Shown in pieces: positions 1 through 9,911 of a DNA stretch of 64,000 bases (the first letter of the stretch is position 1; every line of letters begins with the position of its first letter). The notes under the pieces are model-generated. The model saw nothing but the letters and a program-made list of their open reading frames with translations. It searched no databases and was not told where the DNA came from. The translations under genes and the position numbers were made by a program. Origin of the DNA: Bryobacterales bacterium (GTDB lineage Bacteria; Acidobacteriota; Terriglobia; Bryobacterales; UBA6623); assembly GCA_963422375.2 (NCBI GenBank), contig OY729427.2, positions 800,001-864,000 of the forward strand, read 5' to 3'.

Positions 1-1917
1 GAGCAGCGCAGCGGCCATCGCTCATTCGGCGCCATGCCCGCAGAGGGATTCGGATTCGACTACGCGGGCTTGGATCCGGGGACGATTCCCAACGTGCGCC
101 TCTGGAACGACATCGGCCAGCTGCAGCTCCACGTCGCGCCCTTCATCAATTCCGAGAGATCCGTCCAGACCACGCTCCAGCTGTTCTACCACCAGGAGCT
201 GCAGGTGCGCCGGCACGCCGTGCGCGCGGGCCTGTTCGCCCAGCAGGGCTCGTGGCCGTTCGCGAACACGGAGAATCACGCCGGCAGCTTCAGCTTCCCG
301 CTGCCGCCGGCACCCCCGTCCAGGTTTCGCGGCCAAGGCCTGCGGGACCTGCTGCTGGGCCGCCCGAGCGAGTACCGGCTGCAGACCGAGCGCAGCCTTC
401 AGCTGCAATGGCAGGAGTTCGCCGCGTACACCGAGGCGGAGGTCCGACCGTGGCGCACGTTCAAGGTCACGGTGGGGCTGCGCTACGAGCGGCAGCCACC
501 CGGCACGGACCGGCAGGACCGCCTCATGACCTTCCGCGAGGGGACGCAAAGCCTGAGGTTCCCCGACTCGCTGCCCAACCTGCTCTTCCCCGGCGACACG
601 GATCCGGAAGGCAGCCTCGTGCCGCGTTCGACGATCCTCTCCCGCGGGCGGAACTTCTCGCCGCGCATCGGCGTCGCGTTCTCCCCGTCCCGGACAGGCA
701 GGGCCTCTCGATGGGTGCTCGGCGAGTCGGGCCGGTCGGTCTTCCGAGCGGCCTACGGCGTTTTCTTCGATCACGGCACGTTTGCTGGGTCGAGCGCGGC
801 CGCGCTGTTCCAAGCCACCTACCCTCCGTTCAGTGTCGATAACCGCTTCGTCCTACGCAACCCGGCGGGAGCCTTCCAAGCCCCCATCCGGGCGCTGCCG
901 ACGCGCGAGCCGTCCACGTTCCGTCCCTCCGTGGTGCGCTACCCCATTCTGGTGTTCGACCCGCACTTCGAGAACGCGCGGGCCGAGCACTGGAACGCCA
1001 GCTGGCAGCGGCTGCTGCCGGGCCGGGTGTTCCTCACGGCAAGCTACCTAGGAACCCGCTCCACCCGCCTCCAGCAGCAGCGCGAGCTGAACGTCTTCGT
1101 GCGCCATCCGCTGCGCAGCTTCGGCTTCGCCCGCAAGATGCGCAGGTTCCCGCGTTTCGGCAACATCCGCTCGTTCGAGAGCACGGGCCGGTCCCATTAC
1201 GAATCCGTCCAGCTGAGGGCCAACCGCTACCTGCATCGCGGCCTGGCGCTCGACATCGGCTACAACTGGAGCCGGTCGCTCGACGACGGCAGCACGGTCT
1301 TCGGGAACGAGCTAGTCGGCGAGGCATGGACCTACTCGAGCTTCGACCGCCGCCACTCTCTGACCGCGGTGTGGCACTACCGGCTGCGCCTGCCGCGCCG
1401 CTGGACAGACCGGCACCGCTGGACAGACCGGTGGACCGTGAGCGGCGTGTGGCGGTGGCGTTCCGGCCTGCCGCTGGACGTGCGGCAGACCTACGACCCG
1501 ACCTACACCTTCCAGCAGGTCGGACGGCCCGACCGGGTCGGCCCCTACCTCAGGCTGGACCCGGGCACCATGCGGACGTTCGAGATGCCGAGCGGCCGGC
1601 TGCTGCCGGCGCGCTTCGCTTTCGATCCCCGGGCCTTCCGCCCAGTGCGGCCGAGCAGCTTCCACGAGGTGCGCCAAGGCACCTCAAGGCGCAACGAGTA
1701 CCGGGTCGCCGGCTTCCAGCAGTGGGACTTCCGCATCGCGCGGGGCGTGGAGGTCGGCGAGCTCGCCTCGATGGAGATCGGGTTCGACGTGCTCAACGCG
1801 TTCGGCACGCGCAACTGGGCCGCGCCGTTCAGCAACATCGACCACGTGTACTTCGGGGTCACCCGGATGGCCGGCCTGGGTCGGACAGTGCAGGGAGCGG
1901 TGCGCCTGCGCTTCTAG
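1..1917 (+). CDS. TonB-dependent outer-membrane receptor (Oar-like), C-terminal part; 5' end lies outside the window
   Basis: Frame is open from base 1. Beta-barrel motifs GLRYE, NFSPRIGVAFSP, FRAAYGVFFD; C-terminus GRTVQGAVRLRF ends in Phe. Confidence 0.85.
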   Translation, partial: EQRSGHRSFGAMPAEGFGFDYAGLDPGTIPNVRLWNDIGQLQLHVAPFINSERSVQTTLQLFYHQELQVRRHAVRAGLFAQQGSWPFANTENHAGSFSFPLPPAPPSRFRGQGLRDLLLGRPSEYRLQTERSLQLQWQEFAAYTEAEVRPWRTFKVTVGLRYERQPPGTDRQDRLMTFREGTQSLRFPDSLPNLLFPGDTDPEGSLVPRSTILSRGRNFSPRIGVAFSPSRTGRASRWVLGESGRSVFRAAYGVFFDHGTFAGSSAAALFQATYPPFSVDNRFVLRNPAGAFQAPIRALPTREPSTFRPSVVRYPILVFDPHFENARAEHWNASWQRLLPGRVFLTASYLGTRSTRLQQQRELNVFVRHPLRSFGFARKMRRFPRFGNIRSFESTGRSHYESVQLRANRYLHRGLALDIGYNWSRSLDDGSTVFGNELVGEAWTYSSFDRRHSLTAVWHYRLRLPRRWTDRHRWTDRWTVSGVWRWRSGLPLDVRQTYDPTYTFQQVGRPDRVGPYLRLDPGTMRTFEMPSGRLLPARFAFDPRAFRPVRPSSFHEVRQGTSRRNEYRVAGFQQWDFRIARGVEVGELASMEIGFDVLNAFGTRNWAAPFSNIDHVYFGVTRMAGLGRTVQGAVRLRF

Positions 1918-2057
1918 GCGCTCCGCTCGCGAGCCCGCCGTAGCGGAGCCGGCCCCGAGCCGTGCCAAGCCTTCAGCCGAGGGCGACGCGACGGGGATCG
2001 AGCCGACTGCCCGGGAGCCGTCGACGGCGGTCGGCGCGAGCGGGCCTCGGGATCTAT

Positions 2058-2963
2058 TCAGGCCACTGCCGTGACAGCCTCGTGCCGGAGCAGACCCAAG
2101 CCGTCCAGCACGCGCTCGACGATCGCGCAGCTGGCGGGCGACGGGCGAGTCATCGGCAGGCGGTAGCGCGCCTGGTCCAGCAGGCCCATCCGCTCCAGAG
2201 CGACCTTGACCGGACCGGGGCTGGTCTCGCAGAAGTTGGCATCCATCAGATCGAGGCAAAGGCGGTGGATGGCCCGCGCGCCCGCGAAGTCGCCTGCCAG
2301 CGCCAGGTCGCACAAGCGGGCCATGTCGCCGGGAATCTCGTTCGAGACGACGGAGATCACCCCGTCGCCCCCCAAGGCTATCAGCGGCAGGGTGATCGAA
2401 TCGTCCCCGGAGAGCACCGAGAAGCCGTCCGGGACGGACTGGCAAATCCGGCCCATCTGCCCGATGTCGCCGGACGCCTCCTTGACGGCAACTATGCTCG
2501 GAATGTCAGCCAGCCGGGCCAGCAGGTCCGGCTTGACGTTGCAGCACGTCCGGCCGGGCACGTTGTAGACCACGACCGGCAGATCGGTCGCGTCCGCCAG
2601 GGCAGCGTAATGCCGGTAGAGCCCCGCCGGCGTGGGCTTGTTGTAGTACGGGGTGACGGACAGCAGCCCTTGGACGCCGAGAGCACGGAGGCGCTTCGCC
2701 AGACCGACGATGCCGGCGGTGTCGTAGCCGCCGCAGCCGGCCACGACGGGCACGCTTCCGCGTGCCTCGTCGAGCGTGACCTCGACCAGCCGGAGGTGCT
2801 CCGCCTGGGACAGCGTGGGGCTCTCGCCGGTGGTTCCGCCGGGAACGAGGAAATGAACGCCGGCCTCGACCTGGCGGCGGACGAGCCGACGCAAGGTCGG
2901 CTCGTCCAGCGAGCCGTCCGCGGCGAAGGGAGTGATCAGGGCAGTGCCGCATCCCTTGAACAT
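2058..2963 (-). CDS. dapA: 4-hydroxy-tetrahydrodipicolinate synthase
   Basis: MFKGCGTALITPF, GTTGESPTL, VTPYYNKP, YNVPGRT, KEASGD motifs. Confidence 0.95.
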   Translation of the reverse strand: MFKGCGTALITPFAADGSLDEPTLRRLVRRQVEAGVHFLVPGGTTGESPTLSQAEHLRLVEVTLDEARGSVPVVAGCGGYDTAGIVGLAKRLRALGVQGLLSVTPYYNKPTPAGLYRHYAALADATDLPVVVYNVPGRTCCNVKPDLLARLADIPSIVAVKEASGDIGQMGRICQSVPDGFSVLSGDDSITLPLIALGGDGVISVVSNEIPGDMARLCDLALAGDFAGARAIHRLCLDLMDANFCETSPGPVKVALERMGLLDQARYRLPMTRPSPASCAIVERVLDGLGLLRHEAVTAVA

Positions 2964-3075
2964 CACGAGAGTCCAGTCGGCCCCCATTCTCGCATGCCGG
3001 GGCGTTCGCGTGAGGCGGCGCCCGGGCCGGCGTCCGGAGCGGACCCGCCTCCCGCGCGGCTGCTAGGATGCGGGC

Positions 3076-4236
3076 ATGCGCCGTTGGATTCCCGCTCTCC
3101 TGGCGGCGTCGCTGCTTACGGCGGCGCGGGCCGAGATCGACGCCGGCCACTCTTATCGCGGGCGCGCCGCGATCCTGCTGGCTAACGAGCGGATCCGGCT
3201 GGTCGTTCTCCGGAACGGCGGCTCGTTCGCGTCGATCACCCTGGCCGGCGACGCCGCGGGAACGAATCCCATGTGGGACTCCCTGCGGGCCGACCTCGAG
3301 CAGGGGCGCCCCGAGCGCGCGACCGGAGGGGTCGGGCACTTCGTCTGCGTGGACGGTTTCGGGCCGCCCTCCGACAGCGAGCGGGCCGCGGGCATGGAAG
3401 GCCACGGCGAAGCGCACCGCCTGCCGTGGTCGACTGAGTTCGCCGGAGAGCGGGACGGCGCGACCGTCCTGCGCCAGTCGGTTTCGCTGCCCCGCGTGCA
3501 GGAGGTGCTGCGCAGGGAGGTGCGCCTGCTGCACGCGGAGCAGGTAGTCTACGTTAAGTCCAACCTGACGAGCCTGCTCGACTTTGACCGCCCGGTCAAC
3601 TGGGCCGAGCACGCCACCATCGGGTCGCCGTTCCTGGAGCGAGGGGTCACCGTGGTGGACATGTCGCCGAACCGTGCCCTGACTCGACCCCGCGCAGAGG
3701 CGTCCCGCAGCGGGCTGGCGCACCGGCTGGCGAGCGAGCGCGAGTTCAAGTGGCCGCTGGCCCCGGCCCGCGAGGGAGGTCTGGTCGACTTGCGGGCGGC
3801 TCCGCTCGAGTCGCACTCCCTGGACCATACCGGCCACCGCATGGAGCCCGGAGCCGGATGGGCGTTCGTGACAGCCCTGCATCCCGAGAAGCGCCTGCTG
3901 CTCGGATACTTGTTCCGTCCGAGCGAGTTTCCGTGGCTGCAGACCTGGGAGTCCTACCCCCGCGACCGCATGCTGGCGAGGGGGCTGGAGTTCGCGACGC
4001 AGGCCTTTGACGTGCCCCGGCGGGAGGCCGTGAGGGCCGGGCGCCTGTTCGAGACGCCGCTGTACCGCTGGCTGCCGGCGCGGTCATCCATCGAATCCTC
4101 GTACCTGCTGTTCTGGACCAAGACGCCGGAGGGCTTCGCCGGAGTGGACGAGGCGGTCTGGGAGAACGGCACCCTCCGGATCGAGGACGGCCGGTCGGGC
4201 CTGAAGATCGAGCTCGCCGCCCGCGGCCGCCTCTGA
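3076..4236 (+). CDS. Secreted hypothetical protein, possibly galactose-mutarotase-like fold
   Basis: Signal peptide MRRWIPALLAASLLTAARA; HGEAH and NWAEHATIG motifs; GC3-rich codon usage. Confidence 0.6.
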   Translation: MRRWIPALLAASLLTAARAEIDAGHSYRGRAAILLANERIRLVVLRNGGSFASITLAGDAAGTNPMWDSLRADLEQGRPERATGGVGHFVCVDGFGPPSDSERAAGMEGHGEAHRLPWSTEFAGERDGATVLRQSVSLPRVQEVLRREVRLLHAEQVVYVKSNLTSLLDFDRPVNWAEHATIGSPFLERGVTVVDMSPNRALTRPRAEASRSGLAHRLASEREFKWPLAPAREGGLVDLRAAPLESHSLDHTGHRMEPGAGWAFVTALHPEKRLLLGYLFRPSEFPWLQTWESYPRDRMLARGLEFATQAFDVPRREAVRAGRLFETPLYRWLPARSSIESSYLLFWTKTPEGFAGVDEAVWENGTLRIEDGRSGLKIELAARGRL

Positions 4237-4257
4237 GAGGGAAGGCGGCCAGCCCGC

Positions 4258-4497
4258 ATGATTGACTACGCCTGCAAGGCCTGCGGGGCGAGCCTGCTCG
4301 TGCGGGTGCCGTTCAAGGGGAGGCTGATCTGGGCCATCGACCGGGAGAACCCCGAATTCAGCTCGCGATTCCCCGAACCGCGCGGCGAGTACGGAACGGC
4401 CAAGGTGGTCTGCTCGGCGGACCCGCTGCACAGCACGGGCTTCGATCTCATCGACGGATCCGTCGAGAGGGACCTAGCCTCCAAGGCCTGGGACTGA
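4258..4497 (+). CDS. Small hypothetical protein (79 aa), possible Zn-binding (CKAC...CSADPLH)
   Basis: GAGGGAAGG upstream; host-like codon usage; 21 nt after the previous gene. Confidence 0.6.
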   Translation: MIDYACKACGASLLVRVPFKGRLIWAIDRENPEFSSRFPEPRGEYGTAKVVCSADPLHSTGFDLIDGSVERDLASKAWD

Positions 4498-4531
4498 GGC
4501 TCCGGGGCGGCCGGAATCCCGGGCGGCTCCG

Positions 4532-6199
4532 TCAGTCGCCCGCGGCCATGACCTGCGCGGTGTCCCGGCGGAACCGGATCACCGCCTCCACCACCAGCCA
4601 CAGGCTCAGCACGAAGATCGAGGCGGCGACGCCCAGCAGGAGCAGTTGCCCGCCGTCCATGTACCTGCGAATGTCGAGCACCATCGCGATGATCGTTACC
4701 GACAGCATGAAGGCCATCGGAAGGAACGTGTAGACGTAGTTCCGGCCCTTCTGCCGCAGGTAGATGGACGCGGCCAGCAGCGTCAGCGCGCCAAGCACTT
4801 GATTCGTGCTGCCGAAGAGACTCCAGAGCGCCAGGCCGACAGGCTGGCCCTCGACCTCGTAGAAGGCGAAGAACCCGATCAGCGCCACGGCGAGCGCCGA
4901 GGCGACGTGCCGCTGGCCGAGGGCGGGAAGGGAGATCGACTGGGAAATCTCCTCGAGGTTGTAGCGGAGCAGCCGCGTGCCCGAGTCCAGCGAAGTCAGC
5001 GCGAACGAGACGGCCACGAGCGCGATGAAGGCCTGCGCGAGTTCCGTGGGGATGCCAAGCGACCCGAGGAACGTGGCCGTGCCGTCGATGAAGGCCTTCA
5101 TCTTCTCGGCCAGACCGTTGGCCGCGCCCCAGCTCGCGTAGTGCTCGGACCACGTCTCCGCGGAGCGGAAGCCGGCAGTGCAGGCGAGAACGGCCAGCAG
5201 GCCGAGCAGCGACTCTCCCACCATGCCGCCGTAGCCGATGGGCACGGCGTCCGTTTCCTTGTCAATCTGCTTCGATGTCGTCCCGGAAGACACCAAGCCG
5301 TGAAAGCCGGAGATCGCGCCACACGCAATCACGATGAATACGAACGGAAAGATCGGCGGCGCGTCCGCAGGCTGCGTGTCGATCACGGGCGCTGCGAACG
5401 ACGGGCCCAGGACGAAGAGCCCTGCGTACGACGCGGCGAGGCCTAGATAGAGCAGCCAGGAGTTCAGGTAGTCGCGAGGCTGCAGCAGCGACCACACGGG
5501 GAGGGTCGACGCCGCGAAGGCATACAGCAGCAGAATGACGATCCAGGATCCGCTGCCCAGGTCGGGCCTCCCGATACTCAGCCCGACCCCGATCGACGCG
5601 AGCATCAGCACGAAGCCGACGACGGTCAGGCGGACGATCGAGACTCCGCGCTTGTAGACGAGCCAGCCGATGACCATCGCGATGCCGATGAGCGCGAACG
5701 TCGGAAACACCGACTCGGGGTAGAACTCGGCCGTGAACAGCCCGGCCACCGTCCGGACGAAGACGCCCATAACCAGGCAGATGAGAAACAGGATGATCAG
5801 CAGGAAGATGCCCTTGGCGCGCCTGCCAATGAGATCCTCGGCGACCTTGCCGATGCTCATGCCGCGATGGCGCATCGACACCACCAAGGCGCTGAAGTCA
5901 TGCACCGCGCCGATGAACAGGGTGCCCAGCACCACCCACAGCAGGCCAGGCAGCCATCCCCAGATCACGGCAATCGCGGGGCCGAGCATGGGCGCCAGGC
6001 CGGCGATCGACGCGTAGTGGTGGCCGAACAGGACCATGCGCCGGCACGGCACGTAGTCGACGCCGTCGCGCATGGCGTGCGCCGGCGTGGGAGCGGCGGG
6101 ATCCAACTGGAAGATACGCGATCCCAGGTGACGCGCGTAGAAGCGGTAGACAAGCGCGTACGCGACGAAGCAGCACACGGCGACGAGAACAGGTTGCAT
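4532..6199 (-). CDS. cstA: Carbon starvation protein A family peptide/pyruvate transporter
   Basis: DGVDYVP, LFGHHYASIAG, IACGAISGFHGLVSSGTTSKQ, LTSLDSGTRLLRY; many TM helices; GAGGAGG SD upstream of ATG 6199. Confidence 0.93.
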   Translation of the reverse strand: MQPVLVAVCCFVAYALVYRFYARHLGSRIFQLDPAAPTPAHAMRDGVDYVPCRRMVLFGHHYASIAGLAPMLGPAIAVIWGWLPGLLWVVLGTLFIGAVHDFSALVVSMRHRGMSIGKVAEDLIGRRAKGIFLLIILFLICLVMGVFVRTVAGLFTAEFYPESVFPTFALIGIAMVIGWLVYKRGVSIVRLTVVGFVLMLASIGVGLSIGRPDLGSGSWIVILLLYAFAASTLPVWSLLQPRDYLNSWLLYLGLAASYAGLFVLGPSFAAPVIDTQPADAPPIFPFVFIVIACGAISGFHGLVSSGTTSKQIDKETDAVPIGYGGMVGESLLGLLAVLACTAGFRSAETWSEHYASWGAANGLAEKMKAFIDGTATFLGSLGIPTELAQAFIALVAVSFALTSLDSGTRLLRYNLEEISQSISLPALGQRHVASALAVALIGFFAFYEVEGQPVGLALWSLFGSTNQVLGALTLLAASIYLRQKGRNYVYTFLPMAFMLSVTIIAMVLDIRRYMDGGQLLLLGVAASIFVLSLWLVVEAVIRFRRDTAQVMAAGD

Positions 6200-6384
6200 C
6201 CGATCGAAGGCCTCCTCGGGCGGGACCCTAGGTATGGTAGCGCCCGCCCGAAGCCCGGCAACCGCCGTTCCTCGGCCGACAGCGCCCCGTCCCCGGGAGA
6301 GCAATGCACGCCTTGGCGTTTCGCACCGTCTCGGCTGCAGCGGGCCTCGCCCGGGGACTTAGAATGAGAGACGGGCGACGCACC

Positions 6385-6846
6385 ATGCGACGGCGAAGGA
6401 ATCGCGGATTCTCTCTGATCGAACTGCTTATCGTGATCGCGATCATCCTGATCATCAGCGCTATCGCGATCCCCCGGGTCACCAGCACGAAGCGCATGGC
6501 CAACGAAGTCGCAGCCATCCGGTCCTGCCAAGCCGTCAACACCGCCCAGATCCAGTACTTCGCCCAGTTCGGGCGCTACGCGTCCACGCTGAACGAGCTC
6601 GGCCCCGCTCCCGGCGACGCCGGGCCGACCCCGGCCGCGGCGAACCTCCTTGACGAGAATCTCATCGACGGCATCCATCTCGGGTACGCGTTCTCCATGA
6701 TCGGCACGCCGGCGGGTTACTCGCTGAACGCGGACCCGCAGTCCACCGACTCCGGCAGCAGGACGTTCTATACCGATCACAGCACCACCGTGCGATACCG
6801 GTACGGGACCGATCCGGCGTCGGACACCGACCCTCCCATCGAATAG
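6385..6846 (+). CDS. Type IV pilin / prepilin-type N-terminal cleavage-methylation protein
   Basis: Class III signal RG|FSLIELLIVIAIILIISAIAIP; alternative ATG at 6364. Confidence 0.9.
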   Translation: MRRRRNRGFSLIELLIVIAIILIISAIAIPRVTSTKRMANEVAAIRSCQAVNTAQIQYFAQFGRYASTLNELGPAPGDAGPTPAAANLLDENLIDGIHLGYAFSMIGTPAGYSLNADPQSTDSGSRTFYTDHSTTVRYRYGTDPASDTDPPIE

Positions 6847-6881
6847 CGCGACGCGCGGCAGGGCACGGAAGCGACCAAGGG

Positions 6882-8282
6882 ATGCCCGACCGGGCGGCCG
6901 CGAGCAGGGGGGCGCGCAGTTCGGTCAACCCGAGCGCGTCTCGGCAGGAGAGGGGCTTGGATGTTTCCGAATCCGCGTTGCCGGTTCCAAGCGACCTAGA
7001 AGAGCGCTTCGCGACCAGGACGGCGCGCTGCGGGGTCGTCGGTCTCGGGTACGCGGGACTGCCTCTCGCGATTGAGATTGCGCGCGCGGGCTTCGCTGTC
7101 ACCGGCCTCGATGCGGACCGGGCCAAGGTCGCCGCACTTGAGGCGGGCAGATCCCACGTCACTGACGTCGAAAGCGAGTGGATCCGCGAACTCGCTGACT
7201 CCGGGCAGCTCCGCCTGACCGCGGACTTCGCCGACTTGGAAGAGTGCAACGCCGTGTCCGTCTGCGTGCCGACGCCCCTGCGCAAGACACGCGACCCCGA
7301 CCTGACGCACGTGCTCCGAGCCACCCGCGATCTGTCGAGGCACATGGGCCGGGGGACCCTTGTGATCCTCGAATCGACCACCTATCCGGGCACGACGGAG
7401 GAAGCCGTGCTGCCGATTCTCGAGGAATCCGGCTTCACGGTCGGCAAGGACTTCTTCCTCTGCTACTCCCCGGAACGCGTGGACCCGGGCAATGCCGAAT
7501 TCGGAACCCGCAACATTCCGAAGGTGATCGGCGGCACCACGCAGTCCTGCCTCCGGATGGGACAGGCCTATTACGGTCGGGTCATGGACGAACTGGTGCC
7601 CGTGTCGTCGACGCTCGCGGCAGAGACCGCCAAGCTCCTGGAGAATACGTTTCGGATGGTGAACATCGGGCTGGCCAACGAGACGGCGATCCTGTGCGAC
7701 CGGCTGGGGATCGACGTGTGGGAGGTCATCGACGCGGCCGCGACCAAGCCGTTCGGATTCATGCCGTTCTATCCCGGGCCGGGCCTAGGCGGGCACTGCG
7801 TCCCGCTGGACCCGCACTTCCTTTCGTGGAAGTCCAGGCAGACCGGGTACGAGCCGCGACTGATCCAGCTCGCCTCGGAGATCAACGGGGCAATGCCCCG
7901 GCATGTCGTCGGAAAGATACAGTCGGCGCTGAACGACCGATCCAAGGCGGTCCGCGGCAGCCGCGTTCACCTGGTCGGCGTGGCGTACAAGGCGGACGTG
8001 GCGGACACGAGGGAGTCCCCGGCTAGGGACATCGCGGCGCTTCTCGCCGCTCTAGGAGCCGACGTGGCCTTCAGCGACCCCCACGTCAGCGCGCTGGTGG
8101 TCGGGCCGCTCTCCCTGTCGCGCAGCCCCCTGCTCGACACGGCCCGGGTATCCGACATCTCGGTCATCGTCACGAATCACGGCGGGGTCGACTATCGCGG
8201 CCTCGCCACCGTCGCGCCTCTCGTTCTCGACACGCGGAACGTCCTCAATGGCGTGACGGCTCCGAATCTATTGCGGCTGTGA
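6882..8282 (+). CDS. UDP-N-acetylhexosamine dehydrogenase (WbpA/TviB/WecC family); start uncertain
   Basis: GLGYAGLP, CVPTP, LESTTYPGTT, SPERVDPGN, KLLENTFR, GLGGHCVPLDP, YKADVADTRESP. Confidence 0.9.
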   Translation: MPDRAAASRGARSSVNPSASRQERGLDVSESALPVPSDLEERFATRTARCGVVGLGYAGLPLAIEIARAGFAVTGLDADRAKVAALEAGRSHVTDVESEWIRELADSGQLRLTADFADLEECNAVSVCVPTPLRKTRDPDLTHVLRATRDLSRHMGRGTLVILESTTYPGTTEEAVLPILEESGFTVGKDFFLCYSPERVDPGNAEFGTRNIPKVIGGTTQSCLRMGQAYYGRVMDELVPVSSTLAAETAKLLENTFRMVNIGLANETAILCDRLGIDVWEVIDAAATKPFGFMPFYPGPGLGGHCVPLDPHFLSWKSRQTGYEPRLIQLASEINGAMPRHVVGKIQSALNDRSKAVRGSRVHLVGVAYKADVADTRESPARDIAALLAALGADVAFSDPHVSALVVGPLSLSRSPLLDTARVSDISVIVTNHGGVDYRGLATVAPLVLDTRNVLNGVTAPNLLRL

Positions 8283-8496
8283 CACCGATCTCCTGCGCGT
8301 TGGAGCCGCGGCACCGCCCCCGAGGGAGCCCCTCCTCCGCAACACCCGTGCGGGCCAGCGAACAGCCTCTCGCCGGCACGCCCGGGCTCGCCATGGCCGG
8401 CGACGGCAGTAACGTGACCGTGCGCCGCGGCTCAGGCACTCGAGACTGTCTGAACTCGCGCTCTGCAACACTGGCGGCAAAGGCGGAGGCACTCGA

Positions 8497-9911
8497 ATGA
8501 GTCCACTGAGCGATCCAGCCTTGACATCGATCGCGCGAGACCTTGCGTCCCAGCGCGTCGAACGAAAGCGGAACGCGTCCAACAGGAGCGCGATTCGGAG
8601 GAATATATGCGCCTTCGCGAACGACCTGCGCGCTTATAACGAACCCGGTGTGATCCTTATCGGCATTGAAGACGAGCTGCTTCGCGAACTCGCGCAGATG
8701 CGCCTTGACGGAAACATTCCCCCGCTACCCGCTATCTCCGTGGAAAAGCGGACGGTCGAAGGCTGCGAAATCGCTGTAGTCGTCGTCCAGCCCTCGAAGG
8801 ACACGCCGGTACGGTACCAAGGCCGGGTATGGGTGAGGGTGGGACCGACCGTCCAGTTGGCGATGCCCGAGGACGAGCGTCGGCTCGCGGAGAAGCGTCG
8901 AGAGTCGGACCTTCCATTCGACTTTCGGACGCTGGATCTGGAGATCGGGGTTCTGGGTTGCGAGTACATCCAGCGCAAGTATATACCGGCAGTGATCTCG
9001 CGCTAGATCCTCGATCAGAACGCACATTCGATAGAATATCAGTTCCAGTAATTGCGATTGTTAAGCAACAACGGAGTTACAAATAGTGCGCTCATTGCCT
9101 TCAAAAATAATCTGCAGATGTGGGTTCCTGGAGCATATATTCAGTTCTTGAGGATTGACGGAACGCAGCTCGAAGATCCGATCATAACGCAAAGCTTCCT
9201 GTCAGATAGACTGGAGATTATCTTGCGTGACCAAGACTTCATCCTAGCGAATAATATCGCTTGAGGACAGAAGTCACGTCAGAATTGACAGAGATTAAAA
9301 CTCCAGATTACCCACTTTCATCTCTGCGGCGACTTGCTCGTAATGCAGTCCTTCACCGATCATACTCCGGCTCAAACGCTCCAGTTCGGACCTATTGGTA
9401 TCAAGATTGCATCGAAATTCGAAATCCGGGCGGACTCTTCGGTTCGGTCACGAAGGACAACCTAAGTAATGCCCGTGACAAAACTCGTATCCCCTTGACA
9501 AAAAAGGCGTTAGATCCAATCTCTCAAGGCGAAGATTTCGCTGGAATGCTACGACTAATCCGAAATCCTGGCGATTCTGGGTAGAGCGCGGAAATCTTCG
9601 CGATTGGCGTCTGAGCAACTTCCGACCTTGGGCCCTATATGTTGTGTTTGGAGATCTATCCGAACTCAGGATGTAGTATGAAATGCTGGTCGGGCCAGAA
9701 TTCAGGGGGTTTGTCACAAGCACTAAGTACAGGCGAAACTTCCTACCGCAATCCTCCCATCGCAGAGATCATGCGTCACCTAGGTTTCGCCCAGCGGTTC
9801 GGTATTGGCATCCCCCTAGCAAGGCAAGCCCTCGAGAACAACGGAAACCCTCCCGTCGAATTCGACTGCGACCTGCATCATTTTTCGGCTATTGTGAGAC
9901 CCTTACTATGA
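8497..9911 (+). pseudogene. Schlafen/AlbA_2 + HATPase_c_4 (RecG-C-like) protein, disrupted
   Basis: ESQRVERK-like start, ICAFANDL, ARNAVLHRSY, IEIRNPGGLFG, YRNPPIAEIMRHLGFAQRFGIGI. In-frame stops at 9004-9006 and 9049-9051, frameshift near 9260, and a 261-bp insertion. Confidence 0.85.
9469..9723. mobile_element. MITE-like non-coding insertion
   Basis: Imperfect TIR TAATGCCCGTGACAAAAC (from 9467) vs reverse complement TAGTGCTTGTGACAAACC (from 9725). CTAAGTA direct repeat at 9462-9468 and 9723-9729. Removing 261 bp restores the host frame. Confidence 0.8.

Noticed and set aside
1397..1432. Short tandem repeat CCGCTGGACAGACCGG in the receptor gene
   Set aside because: Two copies of an in-frame RWTDR duplication, not an array
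9004..9051. Stop-codon readthrough or recoding in the AlbA_2 gene
   Set aside because: Mixed TAG and TAA stops plus a frameshift and an insertion indicate pseudogenisation
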